NCBI GenBank assembly: GCA_017880905.1
Contig: JADGRO010000016.1
Location: 5,363 to 69,362, forward strand
DNA length: 64,000 nucleotides
Direction: 5' to 3'
Source of the DNA: Methylotenera sp.
GTDB taxonomy: Bacteria > Pseudomonadota > Gammaproteobacteria > Burkholderiales > Methylophilaceae
This document shows, in pieces, positions 20,332 through 30,396 of this stretch. Below the pieces are notes generated by a model. It saw nothing but the letters and a program-made list of their open reading frames with translations. It was not told the DNA's origin and did not search any database. The stretch's first letter is position 1, and every line of letters begins with the position of its first letter. Made by a program: the position numbers and the translations under genes.

Positions 20332-22371
20332 TTATACCTTCACCAATTCACCCGCATGACTCATCCAACGTTCTAAATGTGCTTCTACAGCTTGCGGATA
20401 TTCCTTAATCAGCTTATCCGCCATGCTTTTGGCGCTTTCTAGTAAATCGGCATCGCGTTCTAAATCGGCAATTTTAAGCATGGGCACACCACTTTGGCGG
20501 GTGCCTAAATATTCACCCGGGCCGCGTAAATTTAAATCTGCTTGGGCGATGATAAAACCATCGTTATTTTCATAAATCACTTTTAACCGCGCGCGGGCTG
20601 TCTCACTAAGCTTATTTTGGTAGAGCAAAATGCAGGTGCTTTTTGCCGCTCCGCGCCCCACCCGGCCACGTAGCTGGTGCAACTGACTCAACCCCATACG
20701 TTCTGCGTGTTCAATTATCATTAAACTGGCATTTGGCACATCCACCCCCACTTCGATAACCGTAGTTGCTACAAGTAATTGAATTTCGCCAAATGTAAAA
20801 GCTTGCATCACAGCTTGTTTTTCTGCAGTTTTCATGCGGCCATGCACCAAGCCAATATTGAGCTCAGGGAACTCACTTTGCATATGCGCAAACGTGTCTT
20901 GCGCGGTTTGTAATTGTAGCGCCTCGCTTTCCTCAATCAACGGACACACCCAATAGGCCTGACTTCCAGCCATGCACGCTTCGCGTACGCGTTGCAAAAT
21001 TTCATCGCGCCGCTCATCCGAAACCAATTTGGTCATAACTGGCGTACGGTCAGGCGGCAGTTCATCTATCACCGAAACATCTAAATCGGCAAAATAACTC
21101 ATCGATAATGTGCGCGGAATCGGCGTGGCAGACATCATGAGCTGATGCGGTTCCGGTTCGCCTTTTTTGCGCAAAGCCAGCCGTTGCTGTACACCGAAGC
21201 GATGTTGCTCGTCGATAATGGCAAGGCCTAATTTGCTAAATTGTACTGATTCTTGAAATAAGGCATGCGTTCCAATAGCAAGCTGGGCGCGGCCGCTGGC
21301 GATGCCTTCTAATGCAGCTTCACGTTCTATTTTGCTTTGGCTGCCCGTGAGCCAAGCAATATTGATATCTAATGGTGCTAACCATTGGCTAAACTTTTTA
21401 TAATGTTGCTCCGCCAAAATTTCAGTCGGCGCCATCAGCGCCACTTGCCAGCCATGTTCTATTGCCTGCAACGCAGCCGTGCCAGCCACGATGGTTTTGC
21501 CGCTGCCGACATCGCCCTGCAACAAGCGCCGCATGGGGTGAGGCTGCATCAAATCGTGGCTGATTTCTGCCACTACTTTTTGTTGCGATTGCGTTAAAAT
21601 AAACGCCAAGTTTTTTAATAATTGCGGCGCTAATTTCTGCGATGCTGCAATGGCTGGCGCCTCCAAACTGCGCCGCTTAATGTAGTGCTTGCGCATCGAG
21701 AGTTGTTGCGACAATAGCTCGTCAAACGCCAAGCGGCGCCATTCTGGCATGGTTTTGTTTTCAAGCGTGCTTAAATTAGCGTCTGGCGGCGGATTGTGCA
21801 GCGCATGAATGCTTGTCGAAAAATTGGGTAAATTTAAGTTTTTATAAACGCATGCGGGCAAGGTTTCAGCCAGATCATTTTGACCAATGGCAAGTGCAAT
21901 TGCCTTGCGAATATTGGCTTGCGTGAGGCCTGAGGTAGTTGGGTAAACCGGCGTGAGCGTTTCAGCAACAATGGTCTGACTACCCACACTTTTGCACTGT
22001 GGGTGCACCATCTCATAGCCAAAAAAACCATGCCGCACTTCGCCATAAGCGCGAATGTACTTACCCACCGCTAGCGCCGCAACTTGGCTAGGATAAAAAT
22101 GTAAAAAACGCAAATTTATCTGCCCGCTGGCGTCTTCTAAGCGCACATGTAAGGCTTTACGAGGCTTATAGCTAACTTCGGCGTGCACAATTTCGCCTTC
22201 CATTTGCGCGGCATCGCCCAGCCGCAAATCACGAATTGCTGTGATGCGCGTTTCATCAATATAACGCAACGGTAAATGCAACAATAAGTCTTGAATAGTC
22301 GAAATGCCAAGCTTGTGCAAGTTGGTAATCAGTGGTTTGCTAAAACCTTTTATATCCGCAAGATTTGTCAT
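20332..22371 (-). CDS. recG: ATP-dependent DNA helicase RecG
   Basis: QGDVGSGKT, DEQH, MSATPIPR, HQLRGRVGRG motifs. Confidence 0.98.
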   Translation of the reverse strand: MTNLADIKGFSKPLITNLHKLGISTIQDLLLHLPLRYIDETRITAIRDLRLGDAAQMEGEIVHAEVSYKPRKALHVRLEDASGQINLRFLHFYPSQVAALAVGKYIRAYGEVRHGFFGYEMVHPQCKSVGSQTIVAETLTPVYPTTSGLTQANIRKAIALAIGQNDLAETLPACVYKNLNLPNFSTSIHALHNPPPDANLSTLENKTMPEWRRLAFDELLSQQLSMRKHYIKRRSLEAPAIAASQKLAPQLLKNLAFILTQSQQKVVAEISHDLMQPHPMRRLLQGDVGSGKTIVAGTAALQAIEHGWQVALMAPTEILAEQHYKKFSQWLAPLDINIAWLTGSQSKIEREAALEGIASGRAQLAIGTHALFQESVQFSKLGLAIIDEQHRFGVQQRLALRKKGEPEPHQLMMSATPIPRTLSMSYFADLDVSVIDELPPDRTPVMTKLVSDERRDEILQRVREACMAGSQAYWVCPLIEESEALQLQTAQDTFAHMQSEFPELNIGLVHGRMKTAEKQAVMQAFTFGEIQLLVATTVIEVGVDVPNASLMIIEHAERMGLSQLHQLRGRVGRGAAKSTCILLYQNKLSETARARLKVIYENNDGFIIAQADLNLRGPGEYLGTRQSGVPMLKIADLERDADLLESAKSMADKLIKEYPQAVEAHLERWMSHAGELVKV

Positions 22372-22374
22372 CGC

Positions 22375-22932
22375 TCAAATTGAATAGCTTTTCAGCCAAT
22401 CTAAAACTATAGCCGCGTGCTGATTGGGTGGAAACACGGGATAAAACACTTTTTTAATAATATTTTGCCCGGCAATCAAGGTGAGTCTTTTATACAAAGT
22501 AAGCTTGCCAACCTAAAAAGTAGGCAAATTTAAAGTTTGTTTTAACTTAAAATCAACATTACTCAACAAATCAAAGGGTAAATGTAAACGATTTTTAAGT
22601 TCTAGCTGATATTCGCTAGTTTGCGTGCTTAAGCCAAAAACGCGCATATTTAAACCCTGACACTGTTGATAATGCGCACTAAAATCGCAGGCTTGTGGCG
22701 TACAGCCACACGCGCCCGGAATCTCATCCCAGCCCTCCGTCAGAGCTAACTCAGGTTGACCGGTGAGTGGATAAATATAAATGACTATTTTTTCATGATT
22801 AAAACTGAAGTTTTGTCCGTTAGTAGAAAGCAATGAAACATCGGGTAAACGCATACCTACTAGGTGCGCGGCTTGCCCGTCATCCATCGGCACTGGCAAG
22901 CCTGCAGGTAATTGATTGAGGTTTTGATTCAC
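22375..22932 (-). pseudogene. Peroxiredoxin (BCP/AhpC-TSA-like) interrupted by an in-frame TAG at 22513-22515
   Basis: Frame continues past the stop as VGKLTLYKRLTLI...VFYPVFPP...WLKSYSI* to 22375; WDEIPGACGCTPQAC active-site region. Confidence 0.8.
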
Positions 22933-22979
22933 AGAACCAACTTAAAAGGTATTCTAAACTTAAAGATACTTAATAATGG

Positions 22980-25229
22980 TTATTGGATTTTTTCTTCATT
23001 GTGCAACCCCTTGACACGGTTAATGCGCACCACATCCGGTATTTTGCGTAAATTACGCATTAACTCGGCCAAATGCACACGATTGCGCACTTGCACAGTA
23101 AAATTGATATTAACGTAAGCGCTGCCATCGGGTTCTTCTACACTTACGTTATCAATATTAGAACCTACATCTGAGATGCCAGCAGCGATTTTGGCGAGCA
23201 TACCACGCTCATTTGCCACTACCACACACACATTCACCTTAAACAGTTTTTTGTCATCAGAATCCCACTCTACATCCAACCATTTATCAGGGTCAAGTTT
23301 AAATTTACGCGTGGTTGGGCAATCGTGTGTATGAATAATGAGGCCTTTTTCCTTGTTAATGAAGCCTAAAATTGGATCGCCCGGAATGGGTCTGCAACAT
23401 TGTGCAAACTGTACCGCCATGCCTTCCGAGCCGCTGATGGTGATACTATCAAGTTTTTTAGTGGGTTTTATTTTAGTGTTTTCAAGTACATGCAAATCGG
23501 GGTAACCAACGGTCAATTGGTGCGCTACCATCAAGCTAATGCGTTTGCCTAAACCAATGTCGGTCAAAATCTCCGACTTATCTTTAGCGCCATAATCACG
23601 CATCACTTTGCGCCATTGCGTATCTTGTACCGCGCTTGGCTCCACATGCAAAGCACGCAACGCCATATTAAGCATGCGCTCGCCTAGGTGGGCAGATTCT
23701 GTAGCTTGCAGCGTTTTTAAATAATGTCGAATATGTGAGCGCGCCTTGCCCGTGACTACATAATTCAACCAAGCAGGGTTTGGGTTGGCCAAGGGAGCTG
23801 TAATAATTTCTACATTATCGCCATTGTGCATCTCGCTACGCAGTGGCGCGAGGTCGTTATTGATTTTAACTGCCACGCAACTATTGCCCACATCGGTATG
23901 TACTGCGTAGGCGAAATCTACCGCGGTAGAACCTTTGGGAAGCGCTAATATATTACCTTTCGGCGTAAACACATACACTTCATCCGGAAATAAATCGACT
24001 TTAAAATTCTCTAAAAATTCGTAAGAATCATCACTTTCGGTTTGAATTTCCAGCAAACGTTGTAGCCATTGATGGGTTTGTTGCTGCAAGGCAGTCAAGC
24101 TGGCATCTGTGGTTTTGTACATCCAGTGCGCCGCCACGCCCGCATTGGCAATTTTATGCATTTCTTCACTGCGAATTTGCACCTCTATCGGCGTGCCGTA
24201 TGGGCCAAATAAGGTAGTATGCAACGATTGATAACCATTGGCTTTGGGGATGGCGACATAATCTTTAAACTTGCCCGGGATTGGCTTGTAGAGTGCATGC
24301 AAACAACCTAGCGTTAAATAACAAGTGGGCGTATCTTTAACCAAAATTCTAAAGCCATAAATATCGTGAATTTGCTCTAGCGCGGTGGCTTTATTCGCCA
24401 TTTTTCGGTACACACTGTACAAATGTTTTTCGCGGCCTTTAACATCAGCCTCAATATGCGCATCTGACAAACTTTGTTTAATCGACTCTAAAATCTTGCT
24501 AATTACCTCTTTGCGATTGCCGCGCGCCACCTTGATAGCCTTGGCAATCACACGATAACGCATCGGGTGTAAGTGTTTAAAACTCAAGTCTTCCAGCTCT
24601 TGATAGATAAGATTTAAGCCTAAGCGATTGGCAATCGGTGCGTAAATTTCCAGCGTTTCACGCGCGATGCGTTTTTGCTTTTGCGCGTTCATCGCGTCCA
24701 GCGTTTGCATGTTATGCAATCTATCGGCCAGCTTCACCAAAATCACGCGCACATCTTGACTCATCGCCAGCAGCATCTTGCGGAAATTTTCGGCCTGTGC
24801 AGCCGCAGCGCTTTGAAACTCGATTTTGTCGAGCTTGGTTAAACCTTCGACCAAATCGGCCACTTGCTTGCCAAATTTTTTGTTTATTTCCTTGATTGCA
24901 ACGCCAGTATCTTCCGCTACATCGTGCAACAGCGCGGCCAGCAAAGTAGGTAAATCTAAATGCAGCTTGGCCAATATACACGCCACCGCCACCGGGTGCG
25001 AAATATATGGATCACCCGTCATACGAGTTTGACCTTGATGCGCGGCAGCAGCATAGCGATATGCCGCCCACACCTGTTCGATGTCAGCTTGGCTAAAGTA
25101 TTCTTTAAGTAAAAGGGTGAGCTGTGAAGTTTCAGAATCTGCCGGCAATAAAAGCGGCTCGGCAGATTGAAAAGTGTCGATAGTGTGTTGGTTAATGCCT
25201 AATTTGGTTGCCGTTTTTGGCATTGCCAT
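22980..25229 (-). CDS. spoT: Bifunctional (p)ppGpp synthetase/hydrolase
   Basis: HD domain (PYISHP, LLHDVAED), synthetase (YQSLHT, EVQIR), TGS and ACT domains; after rpoZ. Confidence 0.96.
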   Translation of the reverse strand: MAMPKTATKLGINQHTIDTFQSAEPLLLPADSETSQLTLLLKEYFSQADIEQVWAAYRYAAAAHQGQTRMTGDPYISHPVAVACILAKLHLDLPTLLAALLHDVAEDTGVAIKEINKKFGKQVADLVEGLTKLDKIEFQSAAAAQAENFRKMLLAMSQDVRVILVKLADRLHNMQTLDAMNAQKQKRIARETLEIYAPIANRLGLNLIYQELEDLSFKHLHPMRYRVIAKAIKVARGNRKEVISKILESIKQSLSDAHIEADVKGREKHLYSVYRKMANKATALEQIHDIYGFRILVKDTPTCYLTLGCLHALYKPIPGKFKDYVAIPKANGYQSLHTTLFGPYGTPIEVQIRSEEMHKIANAGVAAHWMYKTTDASLTALQQQTHQWLQRLLEIQTESDDSYEFLENFKVDLFPDEVYVFTPKGNILALPKGSTAVDFAYAVHTDVGNSCVAVKINNDLAPLRSEMHNGDNVEIITAPLANPNPAWLNYVVTGKARSHIRHYLKTLQATESAHLGERMLNMALRALHVEPSAVQDTQWRKVMRDYGAKDKSEILTDIGLGKRISLMVAHQLTVGYPDLHVLENTKIKPTKKLDSITISGSEGMAVQFAQCCRPIPGDPILGFINKEKGLIIHTHDCPTTRKFKLDPDKWLDVEWDSDDKKLFKVNVCVVVANERGMLAKIAAGISDVGSNIDNVSVEEPDGSAYVNINFTVQVRNRVHLAELMRNLRKIPDVVRINRVKGLHNEEKIQ

Positions 25230-25256
25230 AACATGTTAAAAAGCTATACTGAATGC

Positions 25257-25469
25257 TTACGGATGAATGCGATTTAGAATTTCTAAACCCACTTTGCCCG
25301 CAGCAATCTCGCGCAAAGCCAGCACCGTTGGCTTATCTTTTTGATTTGGGCTATGCACAAACGGGTCAGAGCCATTGGCCAATTGGCGCGCACGGTAAGC
25401 TGCCACCAGTGTTAATTGAAAACGGTTTGGAATCTTATCTAAGCAATCATCTACTGTAATACGAGCCAT
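25257..25469 (-). CDS. rpoZ: RNA polymerase omega subunit
   Basis: [26 protein letters not shown]. Confidence 0.98.
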   Translation of the reverse strand: MARITVDDCLDKIPNRFQLTLVAAYRARQLANGSDPFVHSPNQKDKPTVLALREIAAGKVGLEILNRIHP

Positions 25470-25482
25470 TTTATGCTCCTTT

Positions 25483-26097
25483 TTAAGTTAGTTTTTGAAT
25501 GAGGGTAGCGTAACGTTGCAACTGCGATTGCGATTTAAGTCTGGTTGCGCGAATAATCGCCATTAAATCTTGCAATGCCACATCAAATTTATCGTTGATT
25601 GTAACATAATCGAACTCCACCACATGACGCATTTCTTCGCGCGCCGCCGCAACGCGCTTGGCAATGACCTCAACGCTATCTTGGCCGCGATTATTCAAGC
25701 GCTCTTTCAATGTTTCTACCGAAGGCGGCAAAATAAAAATGCTCATTGCTTGCGGATAAATGTTGCGCACTTGCGCGGCGCCTTGCCAATCAATTTCTAA
25801 AATCACATCAAAACCAGCCTGCAAGGCAGTATCCACAGCGCTTTGCGAGGTGCCATATTTGGCGCCATGCACATTGGCGCTTTCTAAAAAGTCACCCGCG
25901 CTTAGAATTTCTAAAAATTGTGCCTCGGTTACAAAATGATAATGCACATCATTTTCTTCACCTAGCCGCAGTGGCCGCGTGGTATGCGAAACTGAGCGCT
26001 TAATCTGCGCATCGTTTACCAACAAAGCCTCTACCAAACTGGTTTTGCCTGCACCAGAAGCGGCGGTGATAATAAATAAATTACCGTTCACCATCAT
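25483..26097 (-). CDS. gmk: Guanylate kinase (likely start ATG 26097 or 26094, shorter than the track ORF)
   Basis: ASGAGKTS P-loop, SHTTR, YGTS, EIDWQGA. Confidence 0.96.
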   Translation of the reverse strand: MMVNGNLFIITAASGAGKTSLVEALLVNDAQIKRSVSHTTRPLRLGEENDVHYHFVTEAQFLEILSAGDFLESANVHGAKYGTSQSAVDTALQAGFDVILEIDWQGAAQVRNIYPQAMSIFILPPSVETLKERLNNRGQDSVEVIAKRVAAAREEMRHVVEFDYVTINDKFDVALQDLMAIIRATRLKSQSQLQRYATLIQKLT

Positions 26098-26101
26098 CCT
26101 A

Positions 26102-26836
26102 TTAACACCAATCTGGACTGGGTAGCGCGGAAAATACTTCTTTAAGCCCCGCACCCCAGCCTTGACGCACCTTAGAGTAATACGGGTCGTTTTCACTAAT
26201 GCGTTGTTTGCAATCAGCATGCAAACTATCTACTCGATAAATCAATAAATCAATTGGGGCAGCTACCGATACGTTACTACGAATAGTAGAATCGAATGAA
26301 ATTAGCAAACATTTTACTGAATCCATGATGTCACTGTTGTATTTAACCACGCGATCGATAATAGGTTTGCCATATTTGGTTTCGCCAATTTGAAAATAAG
26401 GCGTTTCACTGCATGTTTCTATAAAATTACCTGCAGCATACACATTGAACAACCGCGGTTTTTCGCCTTTAATTTGGCCACCCACCAAAATACTCGCAGT
26501 GAAGTCAATGTCGTGATTTTTAAAATGCTCTCCATCACGCTCAAAAACTGCGCGCAATTCTGCTCCTACCAAACCCACCGCTTCGAATAAACTAGCCACA
26601 TTATGTAAGTGCTTACTATCTGCCTTACTATTTTCTATAGCAGCTCTCAAGTGATTGACTACAGATTGTGCAATCGCTAGATTGCCTGCCGTAAGTAATA
26701 CAATTACGCGCTCGTTTTTAACTTCAAAAATATGCATTTTGGGCGAAATGGCTACTTGATCAACCCCAGCATTTGTGCGGGTATCTGACGCAAAAACCAA
26801 GCCCTGTTCTAGTAATAAACCGACGCAATATGTCAT
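26102..26836 (-). CDS. Anbu / proteasome-type N-terminal-threonine peptidase
   Basis: M-TYCVG N-terminal Thr, SDTRTNAGVD, QIGETKYGKP; typical operon context. Confidence 0.88.
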   Translation of the reverse strand: MTYCVGLLLEQGLVFASDTRTNAGVDQVAISPKMHIFEVKNERVIVLLTAGNLAIAQSVVNHLRAAIENSKADSKHLHNVASLFEAVGLVGAELRAVFERDGEHFKNHDIDFTASILVGGQIKGEKPRLFNVYAAGNFIETCSETPYFQIGETKYGKPIIDRVVKYNSDIMDSVKCLLISFDSTIRSNVSVAAPIDLLIYRVDSLHADCKQRISENDPYYSKVRQGWGAGLKEVFSALPSPDWC

Positions 26837-26924
26837 GATAACGATGAAATTTTAAATAATCACAAAAGAATTATCATACCATTTTGCTCAAAAAAAATTT
26901 AATGCTAATTTAGCAGTAGAAGTT

Positions 26925-27764
26925 TTATTGTTGCGCCTGTTGTGCCTGCTTTAGCAGTTCAATTTGGTTCATTTTATGTTGCTGATTAATTGGCACGCCC
27001 ACTTGATTAACTACGACACTGGTAGCCATACCTTCTAGCCCACCACCAAAGCGCATACCGCTAATTGGGCTGGCTGTTCGGTAATCCAAGCCCGTAGCTA
27101 TTCGCACATAGGTTTCACCAACACGACAGCCATTAGATACATCAACACTTTGCCAAGCATTATCAAACCACACATCTACCCAGGCGTGGCTTTGCATGAG
27201 GCTACCATCTTGTGTAAATAAATAACCACTGACATAACGTGCTGGGTAACCTAAACTTCGGCAACAGGCAATCATGACATGAGCATGATCTTGGCACACA
27301 CCTTTACCTAACCTGAAAGCTTCTATTGCGGTAGTATCCACTTGAGTTGCACCTTTGATATAGCCCACTTTATCAAGTAGCGCATGCATTAAATCATCAA
27401 TTGACTTTTTTTGTTTAAACTCCTCTGCAAAGGTGATAATTGCTTCATCCGCCAATGTTAGGGGTGTATCGCGCAAATAAATCGTTAGTGGCAACGGTTG
27501 ATATTGTGAGTAATCGATGACGCCCGTTTCCACCTCACCTGCAACCGATATATTAAGTTCTATATGCGGGATATCGACCACTAGCGTGTGCATGCTATTG
27601 CCAAAGGCATCTTCAAAAGCGTGCAATTGACCTTGCACTTTAACCTCCCAATGTTTAACGTGCTGACCAAAGCCACTTTGTGGAGTTAGCCTAAGCTGTT
27701 GAATAGTGTAATGAACGGGACTACTGTAGACGTATTGGGTATGGTGTTCTATGTTAAGGCGCAT
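26925..27764 (-). CDS. Transglutaminase-like protein
   Basis: GVCQDHAH (Cys), SHAW (His), DVSN (Asp) triad; N-terminal H.T.Y.Y pattern. Confidence 0.9.
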   Translation of the reverse strand: MRLNIEHHTQYVYSSPVHYTIQQLRLTPQSGFGQHVKHWEVKVQGQLHAFEDAFGNSMHTLVVDIPHIELNISVAGEVETGVIDYSQYQPLPLTIYLRDTPLTLADEAIITFAEEFKQKKSIDDLMHALLDKVGYIKGATQVDTTAIEAFRLGKGVCQDHAHVMIACCRSLGYPARYVSGYLFTQDGSLMQSHAWVDVWFDNAWQSVDVSNGCRVGETYVRIATGLDYRTASPISGMRFGGGLEGMATSVVVNQVGVPINQQHKMNQIELLKQAQQAQQ

Positions 27765-27777
27765 TATTCATTACTCG

Positions 27778-28728
27778 TTACTGACTGGCAGTTACGCTTA
27801 AAAATGCACGCTGAATTTCAGCACCCAAATAATTATTTGCATCAATAAAATCACTTAAAAATTCATGCAAGCCCTGTTGAAATATATCTTGCATTTTGCC
27901 AAACCGTAGTTTGGCGTGTAACTCGCCCGCTAATCGCTTGCACTCGATTTGGCGCAACCCCGATAACTGCTCCAATATAGGCGTGACTTCGTCTAAACAC
28001 GCATGCAAGGAGCGTGGCATATCGCGCCTTAACACCAGCAACTCTGCCACTCGCCATGGCGCGATGGTGTCGCTGAATATTTTTTGATAGGCTTGAAAAG
28101 CTGATACCGAACGCAAAACTGCGCTCCATTCATAATAATCCACCGCCCCACCCACTTCTTCTTGTGACGGTAATAACAAATGATACTTTACATCTAGTAA
28201 ACGCGCCGTGTTGTCAGCACGTTCAATAAACGTGCCCAACCTTACAAAACTAAATGCGTCATCGCGTAACATGGTGCCAAAACACACTCCACGAAATAAA
28301 TGCGAACGCGCTTTTACCCAATCACAGAATTCAGTTAGACCATGTTTAGCAAGGTCTTGTCCGATAAATTGACTAAATTCCAGCCAAAGCGCATTGATGT
28401 TCTCCCAAGTTTCAGAAGTCATCGCCACACGCACAGCACGAGCATTCTCACGTGCACTTCGCAAGGTATTATAGATACTGGATGGATTATCAATATCCAT
28501 CGCTAGATAGTGAATCACTCCGGCGGCAGAATAATCGTCGTGCTCATGATCATAGGCTTCGACATTACCTGATATTTCTAGTGCAGGTAGCCATAGCGCA
28601 GCCTCGCTCACGGCAGCATTTGGCACTAGCGACATGTTATAAGTCACATCCAGTACACGCGCCATATTCTCTGCGCGCTCAATATAGCGCGCCATCCAAT
28701 AGAGGTGATCTGCGGTTCTACTTAACAT
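27778..28728 (-). CDS. Alpha-E domain protein (DUF403-type)
   Basis: MLSRTAD.LYWMARYIERAEN..R and second FIERADNTAR ER motif. Confidence 0.9.
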   Translation of the reverse strand: MLSRTADHLYWMARYIERAENMARVLDVTYNMSLVPNAAVSEAALWLPALEISGNVEAYDHEHDDYSAAGVIHYLAMDIDNPSSIYNTLRSARENARAVRVAMTSETWENINALWLEFSQFIGQDLAKHGLTEFCDWVKARSHLFRGVCFGTMLRDDAFSFVRLGTFIERADNTARLLDVKYHLLLPSQEEVGGAVDYYEWSAVLRSVSAFQAYQKIFSDTIAPWRVAELLVLRRDMPRSLHACLDEVTPILEQLSGLRQIECKRLAGELHAKLRFGKMQDIFQQGLHEFLSDFIDANNYLGAEIQRAFLSVTASQ

Positions 28729-30212
28729 ACGGACTCAACTTTGCTGTTTTTTGCTTTTGCCGTAATTGTCACTGGTTCATCTTCCAATAAATCATTTTCT
28801 AATATCCAAGTATCTTTGGTACCACCGCCTTGTGATGAATTCACCACCAGCGAGCCTTCTTTTAAAGCAACGCGACATAGCGCGCCTGGCACTAGGGTGA
28901 CTGTTTTACCTGAAAGCACAAATGGACGTAAATCCACGTGACGCGGTGCGATACCCTTTTCAACCAAAGTTGGACAGGTGGAAAGTGCTAATGTGGGCTG
29001 TGCAATGTAATTAGCGGGCTTGGATAGCATACGCAGTTTAAACTCTTCTATCTCTTTTTTGCTGGCCGCAGGGCCAACCAGCATGCCATAACCACCAGAA
29101 CCTTGTACCTCTTTCACCACTAACTTATGCAAATGCGCCAGCACATATTTCAGATCTTCTTCCTTTCTTAACTCATAAGTCGGTACGTTTTCTAAAATAG
29201 GCTCTTCACCTAAATAGAACTTGATCATGTTTGGCACATGAATGTACGTGGCTTTATCATCGGCAACACCCGTGCCCACTGCATTGGCTAGTGTCACACC
29301 ACCGTTTCGATACACCGAAAGCAACCCCGGCACACCTAACATTGAATCTTGGTTAAATACCAGCGGGTCTAAATAATCGTCATCAATCCGTCTATAAATT
29401 ACATCAACACGCTGCGGACCTTGCGTGGTACGCATAAATACTGCGTTATTGCGCACAAACAGATCTTGACCTTCAACCAGTTCAATGCCCATTTGCTGTG
29501 CTAAAAAAGCGTGCTCAAAATATGCACTGTTGTATGCGCCTGAAGATAACACCACCACAGTTGGGTCTTGCACGCCAACTTGCGCTACAGCACGCAGATT
29601 TTTCAATAACACTTGCGGGTAGTGGTCCACAGGTGCCACAGAATAACGGCGAAATAATTCAGGAAAAAGTCGCATCATCATTTTGCGGTCTTCTAACATA
29701 TAAGAGACGCCCGATGGCGTACGCAAATTGTCTTCCAACACATAAAATTGCGATTCGCTGGTGCGCACTAAATCAATGCCCGCAATGTGCGCATAAACTT
29801 GGTTTGGCACATCAACGCCAAACATTTCCGGGCGATATTGGCTGTTAGCCAAAATGCTAGATGGCACAATGCCTGCCTTGATAATTTCTTGGTTGTGGTA
29901 AATATCGTGCAAAAACATATTCAAGGTACATACACGCTGGACAGCACCTGCAGAGAGATGTGTCCATTCTTTAGCTGAAATCAAACGCGGAATAACATCA
30001 AAAGGGATTAATCGTTCAGCGCCATCTGCCTCGCCGTATACATTAAAAGTAATCCCCACACGACGAAATAGCAGCTCAGCCTCTTGGCGTTTACTTTCTA
30101 ATTGGTGATGCGGCACATCTTTTAACCAATGTTGATAAGCCACATAAATTTCGCGCACGCTAGCAGAATCTAGCTGCATCTCATCAAAAAATTGGGCGGC
30201 GAATTTTTGCAT
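28722..30212 (-). CDS. Circularly permuted type 2 ATP-grasp protein
   Basis: VLEDNLRTPSGVSY, DVIYRRIDD, ANAVGTGVADDK, VNSSQGGGTKDTW. Confidence 0.9.
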   Translation of the reverse strand: MQKFAAQFFDEMQLDSASVREIYVAYQHWLKDVPHHQLESKRQEAELLFRRVGITFNVYGEADGAERLIPFDVIPRLISAKEWTHLSAGAVQRVCTLNMFLHDIYHNQEIIKAGIVPSSILANSQYRPEMFGVDVPNQVYAHIAGIDLVRTSESQFYVLEDNLRTPSGVSYMLEDRKMMMRLFPELFRRYSVAPVDHYPQVLLKNLRAVAQVGVQDPTVVVLSSGAYNSAYFEHAFLAQQMGIELVEGQDLFVRNNAVFMRTTQGPQRVDVIYRRIDDDYLDPLVFNQDSMLGVPGLLSVYRNGGVTLANAVGTGVADDKATYIHVPNMIKFYLGEEPILENVPTYELRKEEDLKYVLAHLHKLVVKEVQGSGGYGMLVGPAASKKEIEEFKLRMLSKPANYIAQPTLALSTCPTLVEKGIAPRHVDLRPFVLSGKTVTLVPGALCRVALKEGSLVVNSSQGGGTKDTWILENDLLEDEPVTITAKAKNSKVESVC

Positions 30213-30244
30213 ACTTTAAAATCTTTTTTATGTAAAAAGACTTT

Positions 30245-30260
30245 AGCAAAACGCATACCA
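30245..30260 (-). promoter_or_regulatory. sigma54 promoter of the ATP-grasp/Anbu operon
   Basis: TGGTATGCGTTTTGCT (GG-N10-GC) on the minus strand, 32 nt before the ATG. Confidence 0.8.
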
Positions 30261-30277
30261 ATATTTTAGTTATTAAA

Positions 30278-30290
30278 AATCAAATAGTTA
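30278..30290 (+). promoter_or_regulatory. IHF consensus site
   Basis: AATCAAATAGTTA fits WATCAANNNNTTR; lies between the sigma54 site and the enhancer-like sites. Confidence 0.65.
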
Positions 30291-30321
30291 CAATAAAAAA
30301 ATAGATTTGTAGTTGTTTACG

Positions 30322-30369
30322 CGCACTAAGACAGTGCATTAATAATTATTAATAGTACATGCTGCACCA
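30322..30369. promoter_or_regulatory. NtrC-like enhancer sites
   Basis: CGCACTAAGACAGTGCA (30322-30338) resembles TGCACCA-N3-TGGTGCA; second half-site TGCACCA at 30363-30369. Confidence 0.6.
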
Positions 30370-30396
30370 ATAAATACATTATTTAATACCAAACTT

